From positions 2,914,001 to 2,978,000 of the forward strand of contig OX337238.1 of assembly GCA_946965045.2 (NCBI GenBank): a stretch of 64,000 nt of DNA, written 5' to 3'. Numbering within the stretch: the stretch's first letter is position 1; every line of letters starts with the position of its first letter. Shown here one piece after another: positions 1-14,257 of the stretch. The notes beneath the pieces are model-generated. The model searched no databases and was not told the origin of the DNA. It worked only from the letters and a program-made list of their open reading frames with translations. The translations under genes were made by a program, and so were the position numbers. The stretch comes from Epithemia pelagica. Its lineage: Eukaryota; Protista; Bacillariophyta.

Positions 1-1484
1 GTGGGTCTTACTGGTCATGCTCTTGTGCTGATTCGAGCGATTCTTCCAGAGTCCCAACCACACACGGACCACAACATCTACCCACAGACGGACAGTCCAA
101 ACGTTTGCCTTTTCTTGGATTCGATCCAGCCGCTGTAAAGTGCTCTTCTCTTTGCTTTGTTTTGTCTTTTTTGTTGTTGTTTGGGGATATCGTTAATTGT
201 TACTACGACTTTCTTGTTCTTTCCGGAACCACAATGTCATGATGGTCTCTCTTTTGTCTTCCTCGTCTCTCGTCGTTTCGCCGAGAGTCCTTTTACAGTT
301 CGCGTCACAGTCCTACACCCTACACTGAGTTCTCTACTACTTATCTGATTGGAAGGCATCCGAGTCCCGAGTCCGAAGTACTTTCGCGACTATACTCGAA
401 CTTCCGATTCCGATCCCGTCTCAGACGCCCGCGACTCCACATAAAAAAGGAATCCCCGTCTGTCCGAGTCACGGATGTCACGGGCCAACAAAAAAAAGAT
501 CCTATCACCATGACGACCTACGGACAAAACGACGGCCCACACACATTCGCACACGTTTCCAGTGTGTTTGTTGTGTCAAGAATGATGATGATGATCGAGT
601 GATGGCGGAAATCCTCCAGACACACTCACTCACTCCGATGAACAGCACTCTCCAAACGGCATGACGGATGATTTGCGCAGAGAATGTTTCTTTTTGGGGA
701 GGATGACGACGACAAAGTCCGTTGTGGTCTATGTATAAAGATCGTTGGCAAAAACACACAGACAGACAGGAATGGGGGAGCTGGTGGAGCATTCGACAGG
801 ATGCCGCCGTCCTCGTTGCCGAATTTCGCGGGTCCTTTTTGGGCCACTATATAATACGTGAGGATGATACCCAGCCCGAAACGCCGCCATGGAGCTCTAC
901 ACCAGTCATCCTCGAACCAAACCAAAATAAAACAAAACCATGGAGCCGCATTCACAACCACCACAACCACAAGGACGAGGACTACACAATGCTGCTTCAA
1001 ACTGGAGCAAGAGACTAGCATTCTACCATAACCATTGGCACTGTTTCGCAACGACTTGTTGAGTTGCGACACTGCTCGTGCCACACAGTGAGGAGAGAAC
1101 GAGCGATGATGAGGCTAATGATTGAACCATGAGCTCACAAAGAGAGAGCCAAAGTCGCTGTCTCAACGTGGAAGCTCCTAGCATTTGTTGCATCTTTGCG
1201 TTTGCCAGTGTGGGACAACCGTGTGTGATCGATGATTGGATTGGAACCTATGGATTTGGCCCATTTCGTTGCGCATGGAGGAGGATAGAGCGTTTGGCTG
1301 TGATGCTGATGTATTGTACAAACAGCCAGAAGGAATTTGAAAAGTGCCTCAAGACTGTAACGGACAAGTACTGCTAACTTACCAATATACAGTGGCAAAG
1401 GGGTTCCAGTGAGGCCACGCGTTCTTCTAAATGGTCAGTGTATTCGTGGAATCTCTGGATTTGTGCCGAAGCAGTTATTTTCGT

Positions 1485-1578
1485 GGATGGTTTTGGACCC
1501 GTTCATCTGTCCAAGTTCATCCATCCGATGACTCAAAGAAGGATGGTTTTGGACGTGTTCATCTGTCCAAGGCCATCC
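1485..1578 (+). promoter_or_regulatory. Tandem inverted-repeat (hairpin) element upstream of Kelch genes
   Basis: GGATGGTTTTGGAC-N10-GTCCAAG(G/T)(C/T)CATCC occurs twice with a 56-bp period. One or two copies lie upstream of most Kelch ATGs, though none upstream of K2. Function is inferred. Confidence 0.4.
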
Positions 1579-1778
1579 ATCCGAGGATATACGACCATGA
1601 TTCAAATCGCCGCGTAGAGGTGCGTCCGTCGTTGCTGCCGTCTTTGGTTCCTGCTTTGGTGTGAAAGGTCCAAAATATTCAGTCCATTTTGTTCGGAGTC
1701 CATTTTCGTATTTTTTTGAGGAGAAAGACGAAACTCTGAGGTCCATTCCTTGGTGTTGTCATAGAATCTGCAAGTACC

Positions 1779-2989
1779 ATGACGACTTCACAGCAACAGC
1801 ATGCAAACCAATCTGGGCTTGGCTTTCTCAACATTAATAATAACAGTAACGAGCCACATTGGAATACCAGTGACTGGCCAACCCTTTTGGGTGGGTGGCG
1901 TCGGTGGCATGTATCGGCTGTGCTCGACCATCCCGACCAGGATAACACTGCACAGACGGTTGTAATTTGGGAGGAGACAAACAAGGTCAAGGCTTTACCA
2001 ACTCAGTTCTGCTGATGAATCTGGCAGAAAAAACTAAGCAATGGCGCGAAGGACCGCCATTAAACCGCAACCGAGCCTATCATGCTGCGGTGATTTGTAA
2101 CGGAGGAGTTTACGTTATCGGAGGACACAATGGAAGTTCACGTTTGGATAGTATCGAACGGATTGCTGTCGAAAATTTGTGTTCCGAATCCAAGGAAAGT
2201 TCTACCAGCAACCAATGGACGACTGTGACTTGTCGATTGTCGACCGCAAGAGATGAATGTTCGGCTGTTGCCGTGCACAATCGCTATATTGTTGTGATTG
2301 GTGGATCCAACGGAGACCCTTTGTCGACGGTTGATATAATCGATACAGGTATGGCATGCAACCACACTGCGATTGTGGGACCATCCATGTCACTGCCTCG
2401 GTCTGGTTGTGCTAGCGCTCTCATTGGTAATCGTATTTTGGTTGTTGGAGGCTACAATAGGCATAATGCAGAAGTGCTCCATTCAGTGGAGTACTTGGAG
2501 ATTCAAGATCATTCAGGGATCGAGACAATGAACACAGCAAGTGCAGTGTTTCCATCCTCATGCCGTTGGACACGTCATGACCAAATCAATCTTTCCATCA
2601 AACGGTGGTTTCATGGAGTTGTAGCTGTTGGATCATGCCTGATTGTTATGGGAGGTTTCTCAGCACCGGACACTGTTGAAGTCTTGGATACTCGCCGAAA
2701 CACACTTTCGACCTTACCCCAATTAACAGGGTCACGTTATTCATGCAGTGCTGTTGTTCACTCGAGGGGAATTGCTGTGATTAGTGGATATGACGATACT
2801 TCTTGTGCGACACTCTCCTTGGTTGACAAAAATACGTGGTGTTTTCGTCGACTCATTGAGCAGGTGCCGAGTACAATCTTTGGGTCAAGAACAGACTCAC
2901 TGCGATCTTCTTCAGGGCCTACTACATCATGGAAGGAGTCCGGTGAGCGCCGTAAGAAGAAGTTATCAACTGGGAAAACTGAGGCGTAA
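1779..2989 (+). pseudogene. Kelch-repeat beta-propeller gene K1, frameshifted near 1960-1970
   Basis: ORF 1779..2015 (MTTSQQQHANQSG...) continues in another frame as ORF 1967..2989, which has Kelch GG and W/Y motifs. The sequence gtaatttgg replaces gtagttttgg of the intact paralog K11 (50576..51787), a 1-nt deletion. Confidence 0.8.
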
Positions 2990-3386
2990 AAAGTGTTAAT
3001 TGAGAAATATAAATACTATGATTTAAACTCAGTCATGTACCAACATTCTGGGAGAAATGCACTCCACGTTGTGTAACACAAACGTGCGAAAGCAAACATA
3101 GTTCTAGAGAGCTCACTTCGAGCAATCACTTCGTGATGTTGCTACGATCCTGTTGCACAAGGAACGATCTGCTTTGTTGGACCCACTGCATTGAAGTGCA
3201 TTGCAGAAGTCCCCGGATAAGATTTTGTGCGTCCGGTCGGTTCTTCTCTAGATCTGATGAGTGTCCGCAGGTTTTGTGGAGGCCACTATATTCAGTCCAT
3301 TCGTTGATTCCCACATTCCGTATTTTCTGAGGTTAAGAGGAGAAAGACGAAGACTCCTTGGTGTTGCTATAAAATCTGCAAGTACC

Positions 3387-4598
3387 ATGACGATGACACT
3401 GCAACGGCAAGCAGAGCAATCCGGCTTTTGCTTTCTGGACAGTGACAATAACAGTCTTGCGCCTAATTGGAATACCAATGACTGGCCTCCCCTTTTGGGT
3501 GGATGGCGTCGTTCGCATGCATCGGTTGTGCTCAACCATCCCGAACAGGATAACAATGCACAGACGCTTGTTGTTTTGGGAGGAGACAAACAAGGTCAAG
3601 GCTACACCAAGTCAGTGTTGTTGTTGAGGTTGGCAAAAGAAAACTTGCAATGGCGCGAAGGACCGCCGTTGAACAACAACCGAGCCTATCATGCCGCGGT
3701 GATTTGTAGCGGAGGAGTTTACGTGATCGGAGGACACAATGGAAGTTAACGCAGGGATAGTATCGAACGGATTGATGTTGCAAATTTGTGTTCAGACTCA
3801 ATAGAAAGTTCTACCAACAACCAATGGACAACTGTGACTTGTCGATTGTCGACGGCAAGAGATAAATGTTCGGCTGTTGCCGTGCACAGTCGCTATATTG
3901 TTGTGATTGGTGGATACAACGGAAACTTATTGTCGTCGGTTGATATAATCGATACAGGTATCGCAAGCAACCACACTGTGACTGTGGGACCATCCATGAC
4001 AGTTCCTCGGTCTGGTTGTGCAAGTGCTGTCATTGGCCACCGCATTTTTGTTGTTGGAGGCCTCGCTGGGTACAATGGAGATGATTTCAAATCAGTGGAG
4101 TATTTGGAGATTCATGATTTTCCCGGCAATGAGACAATGGACACAGCAAGTGCAGTGTTTTCATCCTCACGCCGTTGGACGAGTCACAACGAGGTCAATC
4201 TTTCCATCGGACGATGTATTCATGCAATTGTAGCTGTTGGATCATGTCTTATTGTGATGGGAGGTATCTTGGCCCCGGAGACTGTTGAAGTCGTGGACAC
4301 TCGACGGAACACTGTGTGGAGCTTTCCCCAATCAACAGGGTCACGTTATTCATGCAGTGCTGTGGTTCACTCGAGGGGAATTGCTGTGATTAGTGGAGAT
4401 GACAATGCTTCTTGTGCGATTCTATCGTTGTTTGACAAGAATACGTGGTGTTTTCGTCGACTCATTGAGCAGGTGCCAAGTACAATCTTTGGAACAAGCA
4501 GAGACTCACTGCGATCTGCTCAAGGGTGTACTACAGTATTGAATGAGTCTCATGAGCGCTCTAAGAAGAAGTCATCAACTGGCAAAACTGAGACGTAG
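3387..4598 (+). pseudogene. Kelch-repeat gene K2 with in-frame nonsense codon
   Basis: TAA at 3747-3749 where paralog K10 has TCA (GGHNGSS). The reading frame continues to 4598 with the remaining blades. Confidence 0.8.
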
Positions 4599-4774
4599 AA
4601 AGTGTCAATTCTAAAAAAAAATCTTAGGACTAAAACGCAGTCATGAGCATGATTACTGCGAATCGAAGTGCTTGCTGTCCTTCCTGAGAACATTATGCGT
4701 TTACAAACATGCTGGGAGAAATGTACATCACGTTGTGTAACATAAACGAACAACAGCAAACATATAGTTACAAC

Positions 4775-6369
4775 TCAAAAGTAATCACTTTGTGTTGTTG
4801 GTACGATCTTTTGTAACCCAAGGAACGATCCATGCGGGCTGGTTATAGCACAAGCGCAAGAAACAAAAGTCGGTCTGCTCTTGGGTAGAACATCCTCTCC
4901 TTGTTCGATAGTGTTGTCGTTTGGGCGACAAGGGGACGAAACAGACATTGCGGGAGAAATGGGATTCCAGACATTGGTCAACCACAATAAGGGCCTTCCC
5001 ACACGATCACTATCATCGTGAGCTGCAGCATCCTTTCCACGACGACGACAAGTATGGTGGTCCCCAAATGGAGGATGCAACTTCGAATCGTCCTCCTTCT
5101 TGTGGATCCGGGCCGAAGACAACAACCGTATGGTCGTTTTCATTGCATACCTCGTACCATCATCACCACTACTACAACTATCATTGCTGCTGCTGCTGCC
5201 GCAAGTCCACCGAATGGATTCAGGTGCCGCCAAGACCGATGATGACAAGGACGATAACGACGACAATGAGGAGGAATACGAATCCAATCGTTGATGGTTT
5301 CGAGTGATGGACGACGACAAGACGGTTGCTACGTTGGGAACAATCGTTGGTGTCACGTGATTGTCGTTGATGTTGTTTGGAGGGTCTTGCAGTCGAAGTG
5401 GTGGTGGTGGTGGTCCAAGAGACGCACTATCAACTGCACCATCATTACCCCACTCTGGCCTAACGTGACTCAGCTCCTGGTCCAGGTGGTTGTTGTCCTC
5501 TCGAACCTAGGAGTGCGTTTTTTGCTTGTCCACTCTTATTGCGGGTGACACGATCATCTTTCGTAGTAGTTTGTCTTGATGGTTTGAGAAGAAAGGGGAT
5601 ACCGGGGCATTGCAATGGGTGGCCGTTTGCACCCTTTTCATCAAGTCCAAGGCTTTGTCTTGTTCTTGTTTCGTCGTTCGACACAAGCGATCGACCTGGA
5701 CTTGCTGTTGACGTGCCGTCATGTTTCTTCTTCCTGTGTTGGGTGTTGGTGTCGTAAACCAGTGTTTGCTTCGTTTTTCGGTAGGAGTTATTCTTCTTCT
5801 TCTTCTTCTTCTAGTGGTTGTCCGTTCGGGTGGAGATGGGTCGTGAAATTGAGGAGAATGCTTTGGCGTTTGCTTGCTTCTTTGTTGTTGTTTGTATTGT
5901 TCATGAAAGTCCTCTCTCTCTCCTCGTCGTCCTCCTTTGTCTTGTTACCAATGAGGAATGAGGATGCGTGGTATAGCGTGCGTGTGTTGTCTTGGAAGTT
6001 GGGGACGGAGAACCCTTTTCCTGTTACAGTCCGTACAACAGTCGTACACTCCTTCATATGTGATAGCCCCAGACTCAAAGGACTTCACCCAGTCTTGAAG
6101 GCTGTTGTACTGGATCGCTCGGTGTGATTTTTGGTCGGACAAGATGGTGGTGGTGGTCCTTTTTCGGAAGGATACGTTGCTTCTCTACTCGATCGAACCG
6201 TTCTCACATCGTCCGTGTCGTCGTAGGTGTCTGCTTCCTTTTCGGAAAGGTTGCTGACCTTGTCGAAAGGGTTATAAATTATTTGTGTTTGAATCGACAT
6301 TCTGAGAGCGACAATGACCGAGGGGATGACTTTGGGCGCCTCCCTTTCTATTTTGGTCTTACTGGTCAT
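4775..6369 (-). pseudogene. X-family (subtype A) disrupted copy, convergent with K2
   Basis: Fragments MTSKTKIERE..., QQQVQVDRLCRTTKQEQDKAL, TRNHQRLDSYSSSLSSLSS, PLLWLTNVW and CACAITSPHGSFL..QKIVPTT match the 835-aa ORF at 35375..37882 but are spread over several frames. Confidence 0.6.
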
Positions 6370-8508
6370 GCTCTTGTGCTGATTCGAGCGATTCTTCCAG
6401 AGTCCCAACCACACATGGACCACAACATCTACCCAAAGACGGACAGTCCAAACGTTTGCCTTTTCTTGGATTCGATCCAGCTGCTGTAAAGTGCTCTTCT
6501 GGTTGCTTTGTTTTGTCTTTGTTGTTGTTTGTTTGGGGATATCGTTAATTGTTACTACGACTTTCTTGTTCTTTCCGGAACCACAATGTCATGATGGGTC
6601 TTTCTTTGTCGTCCTCTCGTCGTCTCTCGTCTGGACCCTTGCCCTTTTGCAGTTCGCATCGCAGTCCTACACCCTGGCGTGCGCCCTCCTCGACCGTTGC
6701 CCTCCTCGTCGTTCTACCCTCCGCGCCGGGCGGTCCCTCCTTGAAAGGACTCGACACCGGGAAGTATTAATACTACTTATCTAATTGGAGGGGATCCGAG
6801 TCCCGAGTCCGATGTACTTTCGAGACCATACTCGAACCTCCGATTCCGATCCCGTCTCAGACGTCCGAATCCTTGTCTGTCCGAGTCACGGATGTCGCGG
6901 GCCCTTGGTGGCAGAATCACCATGACGACCTACGGACAAAACGACGGCCCACACCCACATTCGCACACGTTACCAGTGTGTTGGTTGTGTCAAGAATGAC
7001 GACGGCGGCAATCCTCCAGACACACTCACTCACTCCGATGAACAGCACTCTCCAACCGCCATGACGGATGATTTGCGCAGAGAATGGTTCCTTTTTTAGG
7101 AGGATGATGCCAGCCACGAAACTCTCATCCTGTCGTATTAGTCCCCAGAACAACCACAACAACCACTAGGACGACACTGCTGCTGCCAAGCGGCGAATGA
7201 GCCACAACAAGCCAGCAAAAGCACTCTATATACCAACACCAACCCGAACACCAACACGAAAATGACGCTGTTTTTTTGGAACGAGGCGCGTGCTACTGGA
7301 ATGGCGAGACCTCTCTCTCTCTCTCTCTCTCGTGCCACAGGAGTGCCAATGACGAGAAGAATCGATTGCCGAGCATAGAGAGTCTCTTCTTCTTCTCCTT
7401 TTCATCCTCCGACGACAAGGTCCATGGTGGTCTATGTATAAAGATCGTTGGCAAAAACACACAGACAGACAGGAATGGGGGAGCTGGTGGAGCATTCGAC
7501 AGGATGCCGCCGTCCTCGTTGCCGAATTTCGCGGGTCCTTTTTGGGCCACTATATAATACATGAGGATGATACCCAGCCCGAAACGCCGCCATGGAGCTC
7601 TACACCAGTCATCCTCGAACCAAACCAAAATAAAACAAAACCATGGAGCCGCATTCACAACCACCACAACCACAAGGACGAGGACTACACAATGCTGCTT
7701 CAAACTGGAGCAAGAGACTAGCATTCTACCATAACCATTGGCACTGTTTCGCAACGACTTGTTGAGTTGCGACACTGCTCGTGCCACACAGTGAGGAGAG
7801 AACGAGCGATGATGAGGCTAATGATTGAACCATGAGCTCACAAAGAGAGAGCCAAAGTCGCTGTCTCAACGTGGAAGCTCCTAGCATTTGTTGCATCTTT
7901 GCGTTTGCCAGTGTGGGACAACCGTGTGTGATCGATGATTGGATTGGAACCTATGGATTTGGCCCATTTCGTTGCGCATGGAGGAGGATAGAGCGTTTGG
8001 CTGTGATGCTGATGTATTGTACAAACAGTTAGAAGGAATTTGAAAAGTGCCTCAAGACTGTAACGGACAAGTACTGCTAACTTACCAATATACAGTGGCA
8101 AAGGGGTTCCAGTGAGGCCACGCGTTCTTCGAAGTGGCAAAAGGGGTTTCAGTGAGGCCACGCGTTCTTCTAAATGGTCAGTGTATTCGTGGAATCTCTG
8201 GATTTGTGCCGAAGCAGTTATTTTCGTGGATGGTTTTGGACCCGTTCATCTGTCCAAAGTCATCCGATCAATAAGAGAAGGATGGTTTTGGACGTGTTCA
8301 TCTGTCCAAGGCCATCCATCCGAGGATATACGACCATGATTCAAATCGCCGCGTAGAGGTGCGTCCGTCGTTGCTGCCGTCTTTGGTTCCTGCTTTGGTG
8401 TGAAAGGTCCAAAATATTCAGTCCATTTTGTTCGGAGTCCATTTTCGTATTTTTTTTAGGAAACTCTGAGGTCCATTCCTTGGTGTTGTCATAAAATCTG
8501 CAAGTACC

Positions 8509-9744
8509 ATGACGACTACACAGCAACAGCATGCAAACCAATCTGGGCTAGCCTTTCTCGACATTAATAATAACAGTAACGAGCCACATTGGAATACCAG
8601 TGACTGGTCAACCCTTTTGGGTGGGTGGCGTCGGTGGCATGCATCGGCTGTGCTCGACCATCCCGACCAGGATAACACTGCACAGACGGTTGTAGTTTTG
8701 GGAGGGAAGAAACAAAATCAAGGCTTTACCAACTCAGTTCTGCTGATGAATCTGGCAGAAAAAACTAAGCAATGGTGGGAAGGACCGCCGTTGAGCAGCA
8801 ACCGAGCCTTACATGCTGCGGTGGTTTGTAACGGAGGAGTTTACGTGATAGGAGGAGACAGTGGAAGTTCACGCTTGGATAGTATCGAACGGATTGATGT
8901 CGAAAATTTGTGTTCCGAATCCATGGAAAGTTCTACCAGCAACCAATGGACGACCCTGACTTGTCGATTGTCGACGACAAGAGATCAATGTTCGGCTGTT
9001 GCCGTACAAAATCGCTATATTGTTGTGATTGGTGGATCCTACGGAGTACTTTTGTCGACGGTTAATATAATCGATACAGCTATCGCAAGCAACCACACTG
9101 TGATTGTGGGACCATCCATGTCACTGCCTCGGTCCGGTTGTGCAAGTGCTGTCATTGGTCATCGAATTTTTGTTGTGGGAGGCTACAATAGGCACAATGG
9201 AGAAGCTCTCAAATCAGTGGAGTATTTGGAGTTTCATGATCCTTCAGGCAATGAGACAATGAACACAGCAAGTGCAGTGTTTCCATCCTCATGCCGATGG
9301 ACACATCATGACCAACTCAATCTTTCCATGCGACGGAGTTATCATGCAGTTGTAGCTGTTGGATCCTGTCTGATTGTTATGGGCGGCTTCAGAGCCGCGA
9401 CTACTGTAGAAGTCGTCGATACTCGCCGAAAAACTGTGTGGAACGACCCCCAATTAACCAATGTGCTACGTTTTGGTTGTAGTGCTGTGGTTCACTCGAG
9501 GGGAATTGCTGTGATTAGTGGAGATGACAATGCTTCTTGTGCGACACTCTCCTTGGTTGACAAGAATACGTGGTGTTTTCGTCGACTCACTGAGCAGGTG
9601 CCCAGTACAATCTTTGGGACAAGAAAATACTCACTGCCATCTGCTCCGAAACGCACTACAGCATTGAAGGAGTCCCATGAGCGCTCTACGAAGAAGTTAT
9701 CAACTGGGAAAACTGAGACGAAGACAGTGTCAATTGAGACATAA
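8509..9744 (+). CDS. Kelch-repeat beta-propeller protein K3 (411 aa)
   Basis: Intact ORF with six Kelch repeats (TVVVLGG, VYVIGG, YIVVIGG, IFVVGG, LIVMGG, IAVISG), each preceded by R-x-x-H/C. Confidence 0.9.
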   Translation: MTTTQQQHANQSGLAFLDINNNSNEPHWNTSDWSTLLGGWRRWHASAVLDHPDQDNTAQTVVVLGGKKQNQGFTNSVLLMNLAEKTKQWWEGPPLSSNRALHAAVVCNGGVYVIGGDSGSSRLDSIERIDVENLCSESMESSTSNQWTTLTCRLSTTRDQCSAVAVQNRYIVVIGGSYGVLLSTVNIIDTAIASNHTVIVGPSMSLPRSGCASAVIGHRIFVVGGYNRHNGEALKSVEYLEFHDPSGNETMNTASAVFPSSCRWTHHDQLNLSMRRSYHAVVAVGSCLIVMGGFRAATTVEVVDTRRKTVWNDPQLTNVLRFGCSAVVHSRGIAVISGDDNASCATLSLVDKNTWCFRRLTEQVPSTIFGTRKYSLPSAPKRTTALKESHERSTKKLSTGKTETKTVSIET

Positions 9745-9882
9745 AAATATTAGGAGTAAGACGCAATCATGAGAATGAGCACTGCGGTTCGAAGTGCTTG
9801 CTATTCTTCCTGAGAATACAAACATGCTGGGAGTGTACGTTGTGTAACACAAACGAACGACAGCAAACATATAGTTACAACT

Positions 9883-11813
<1,931 letters not shown>

Positions 11814-13042
11814 GGTACAGATTCGAGCGATTCTTCTAGAGTCCAATCGACACCCACACTGCGATACACACCCACAAACAGACTGTCAAAACGTCTATCG
11901 TCCCACTTGGATTGGAAGAAGCCGCAGTTTGCTGTGTGCTTTGTTGTGTATTATTTATTGTCTAGATATCGCTACAACTACGACTTTCTTGTGGTTTCCG
12001 GAACCAATGCCATGGTCTGTCTCTTCCCGCCCTGTCCTTTGTACAGTCTGCATCAGAGTCGTACACTCTGGACTATACAGTCTCTCGTCTATGGATCGGT
12101 CCATCTCAATCTCATCTCCTCATTGTGGTTGGCATCCGAGTCCCGAGGTACCTTTACGACCATACTCAAAGTCCATCCATCCGATCTCAGACGCCCGCGA
12201 CCCCTCACAAAACAGGTATTGTATCCTCAAGCGAGGGATAAAATCTGGTCGCACAAAAAAAAAGAATCTGTTTTCTCATAATGACGGAAATGATTGACGG
12301 ACAGAATGCTAAAATCTTACCCCCGCTGGGAGATAGCATACCAATCCCCATCGCGAAAAAGCCTTTTCTCTCTCGTCTTTGGTTTTGTGGCAGAACCATG
12401 ACAACACCACCAAGAACTACGGCCAACACACATTTGCACACCATCACACACAACGAGCCACACACAGTGTCAAGGATGATGATGATGATGATGGTCGATT
12501 GACGGTGTCGATCCTCCAGACACTCACTCGGTGAATCCTTCACAGTTCAGCACTCTCCAACCAGGACGAATGGTTTGTGCAAGAGGAATGGTTCCTTTTT
12601 TGGGAGGATGATACCAGCCTTGGAACTCTCATCCTGTCGTCGTATTTTACACTGATAGATCCCCAGAACAACCGCAACAACCACCAGGACGACACTGCTG
12701 CTGCCAAGCGGCGAATGAGAAGCCTTTCATGCTTTATTGTGCGACAACCATCTATGATCAGCTTCCCTCGAAATGGGATTGTCAGCGTTCGGGGAATCTC
12801 TGGTTTTGAGCCGGGGTCGATTTTTTGTTTTTCGTGGATGGTTTTGGACCCGATCATCTGTGCAATTCATCCATCTTATGAATGATTGAAATCGCTGCCG
12901 TAGAGGTTCGTCCGTCGTTGCTGCCGTCTTTCGTCCCGGTTTTGGTGTGAAAGGTCCATAAGTCCATTTTCATAATTTATTGAGGAGAAAGCACACAAAA
13001 ATACGAAGCTCTGAGGTCAATTCCTTTGTGTTGGCAAGCACC

Positions 13043-14257
13043 ATGACGATGACACTGCAACAGCAAGCAAAACAATCTGGGCTTGCCTTTCTGGACAATG
13101 ACAATAACAGTAACGAGCCACATTGGAATACCAATGACTGGCCTCCCCTTTTAGATGGGTGGCGTAGGCACCATGATTCAGTCGTGCTCGACCATCCCGA
13201 AAAAGACATTGCACAGACGGTTGTAGTTTTGGGAGGATACAAACAAGGTCAAGGCTACACCAACTCAGTGTTGTCGTTGAGTTTGTCAGATGAAAAAAAG
13301 CAATGGCGGGAAGGACCGCGGTTAAACAACAACCGAGCCTATCATGCCGCGGTGATTTGTAGCGGAGGAGTTTACGTGATCGGAGGATACAACGGAATTT
13401 CACGATTGGATAGTATCGAACGGATTGATGTTGCGAATTTCTGTTCAGAATCAATGGAAAGCTCTACCAGCAACCAATGGACGACCCTGACTTGTCGATT
13501 GTCGACGGCAAGAGATGAATGTTCGGCTGTTGCCGTGCAAAATCGCTATATTGTTGTGATTGGTGGATCCAACGGAAACTTATTGTCGTCGGTTGATATA
13601 ATCGATACAGCTATCGCAAGCAACCACACTGTGATTGTGGGACCATCCATGTCACTGCCTCGGTCCGGTTGTGCAAGTGCTGTCATTGGTCATCGAATTT
13701 TTGTTGTTGGAGGCTACAATAGGTACAATGGAGAAGATATCAAATCAGTGGAGTATTTGGAGATTCATGATCCTTCAGGCAATGAGACACTGAACACAGC
13801 AAGTGCAGTGTTTCCATCGTCATGCCGTTGGACACTTCATGGCAAACTCAATCTTTCCATCCGACGGCGTGATCATGCAGTTGTAGCTGTTGGATCATGT
13901 CTGATTGTTGCGGGAGGTTTCTTAGCCCCGTACACTGTTGAAGTCTTGGATACTCAACGAAACACTGTCTGGAACGGCCCCCAATTAACCAATCCCCGAC
14001 GTTTTGGTTGTAGTGCTATGGTTCACTCGAAGGGAATCGCTTTGATTGGTGGAAGGCATAATGCTTCTTGTGCGACACTCTCCTTGGTTGACAAGAATAC
14101 GCGGTGTTTTCATCGACTCATTGAGCATGTGCCATTTATAATCTTGTCCCCATCTGCTCCGAAACGCACTACATCATGGAAGGAGTCTGATGAGTGCCCT
14201 AAGAAGAAGCTTTCAGCTGGGAAACCAGAGACGAAGACAGTGTCAATTGAGACGTAA
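13043..14257 (+). CDS. Kelch-repeat protein K4
   Basis: ORF 12980..14257. The ATG homologous to the other copies (MTMTLQQQ) is at 13043. Six Kelch blades and a CPKKKLS tail. Confidence 0.9.
   Translation: MTMTLQQQAKQSGLAFLDNDNNSNEPHWNTNDWPPLLDGWRRHHDSVVLDHPEKDIAQTVVVLGGYKQGQGYTNSVLSLSLSDEKKQWREGPRLNNNRAYHAAVICSGGVYVIGGYNGISRLDSIERIDVANFCSESMESSTSNQWTTLTCRLSTARDECSAVAVQNRYIVVIGGSNGNLLSSVDIIDTAIASNHTVIVGPSMSLPRSGCASAVIGHRIFVVGGYNRYNGEDIKSVEYLEIHDPSGNETLNTASAVFPSSCRWTLHGKLNLSIRRRDHAVVAVGSCLIVAGGFLAPYTVEVLDTQRNTVWNGPQLTNPRRFGCSAMVHSKGIALIGGRHNASCATLSLVDKNTRCFHRLIEHVPFIILSPSAPKRTTSWKESDECPKKKLSAGKPETKTVSIET

Noticed and set aside
9560-9600. SOCS/BC-box-like reading of the Kelch C-terminal SLVDKNTWCFRRL, and of X IDRLCRMTK
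   Set aside because: Spacing and residues do not fit (S/T/P)LxxxCxxx(A/I/L/V), so no Elongin-C adaptor is claimed.
8509-9744. Assignment of the Kelch proteins to galactose oxidase, NanM, KLHL or F-box-Kelch
   Set aside because: No signal peptide, BTB/BACK, F-box or recognisable catalytic set, so no gene symbol was given.
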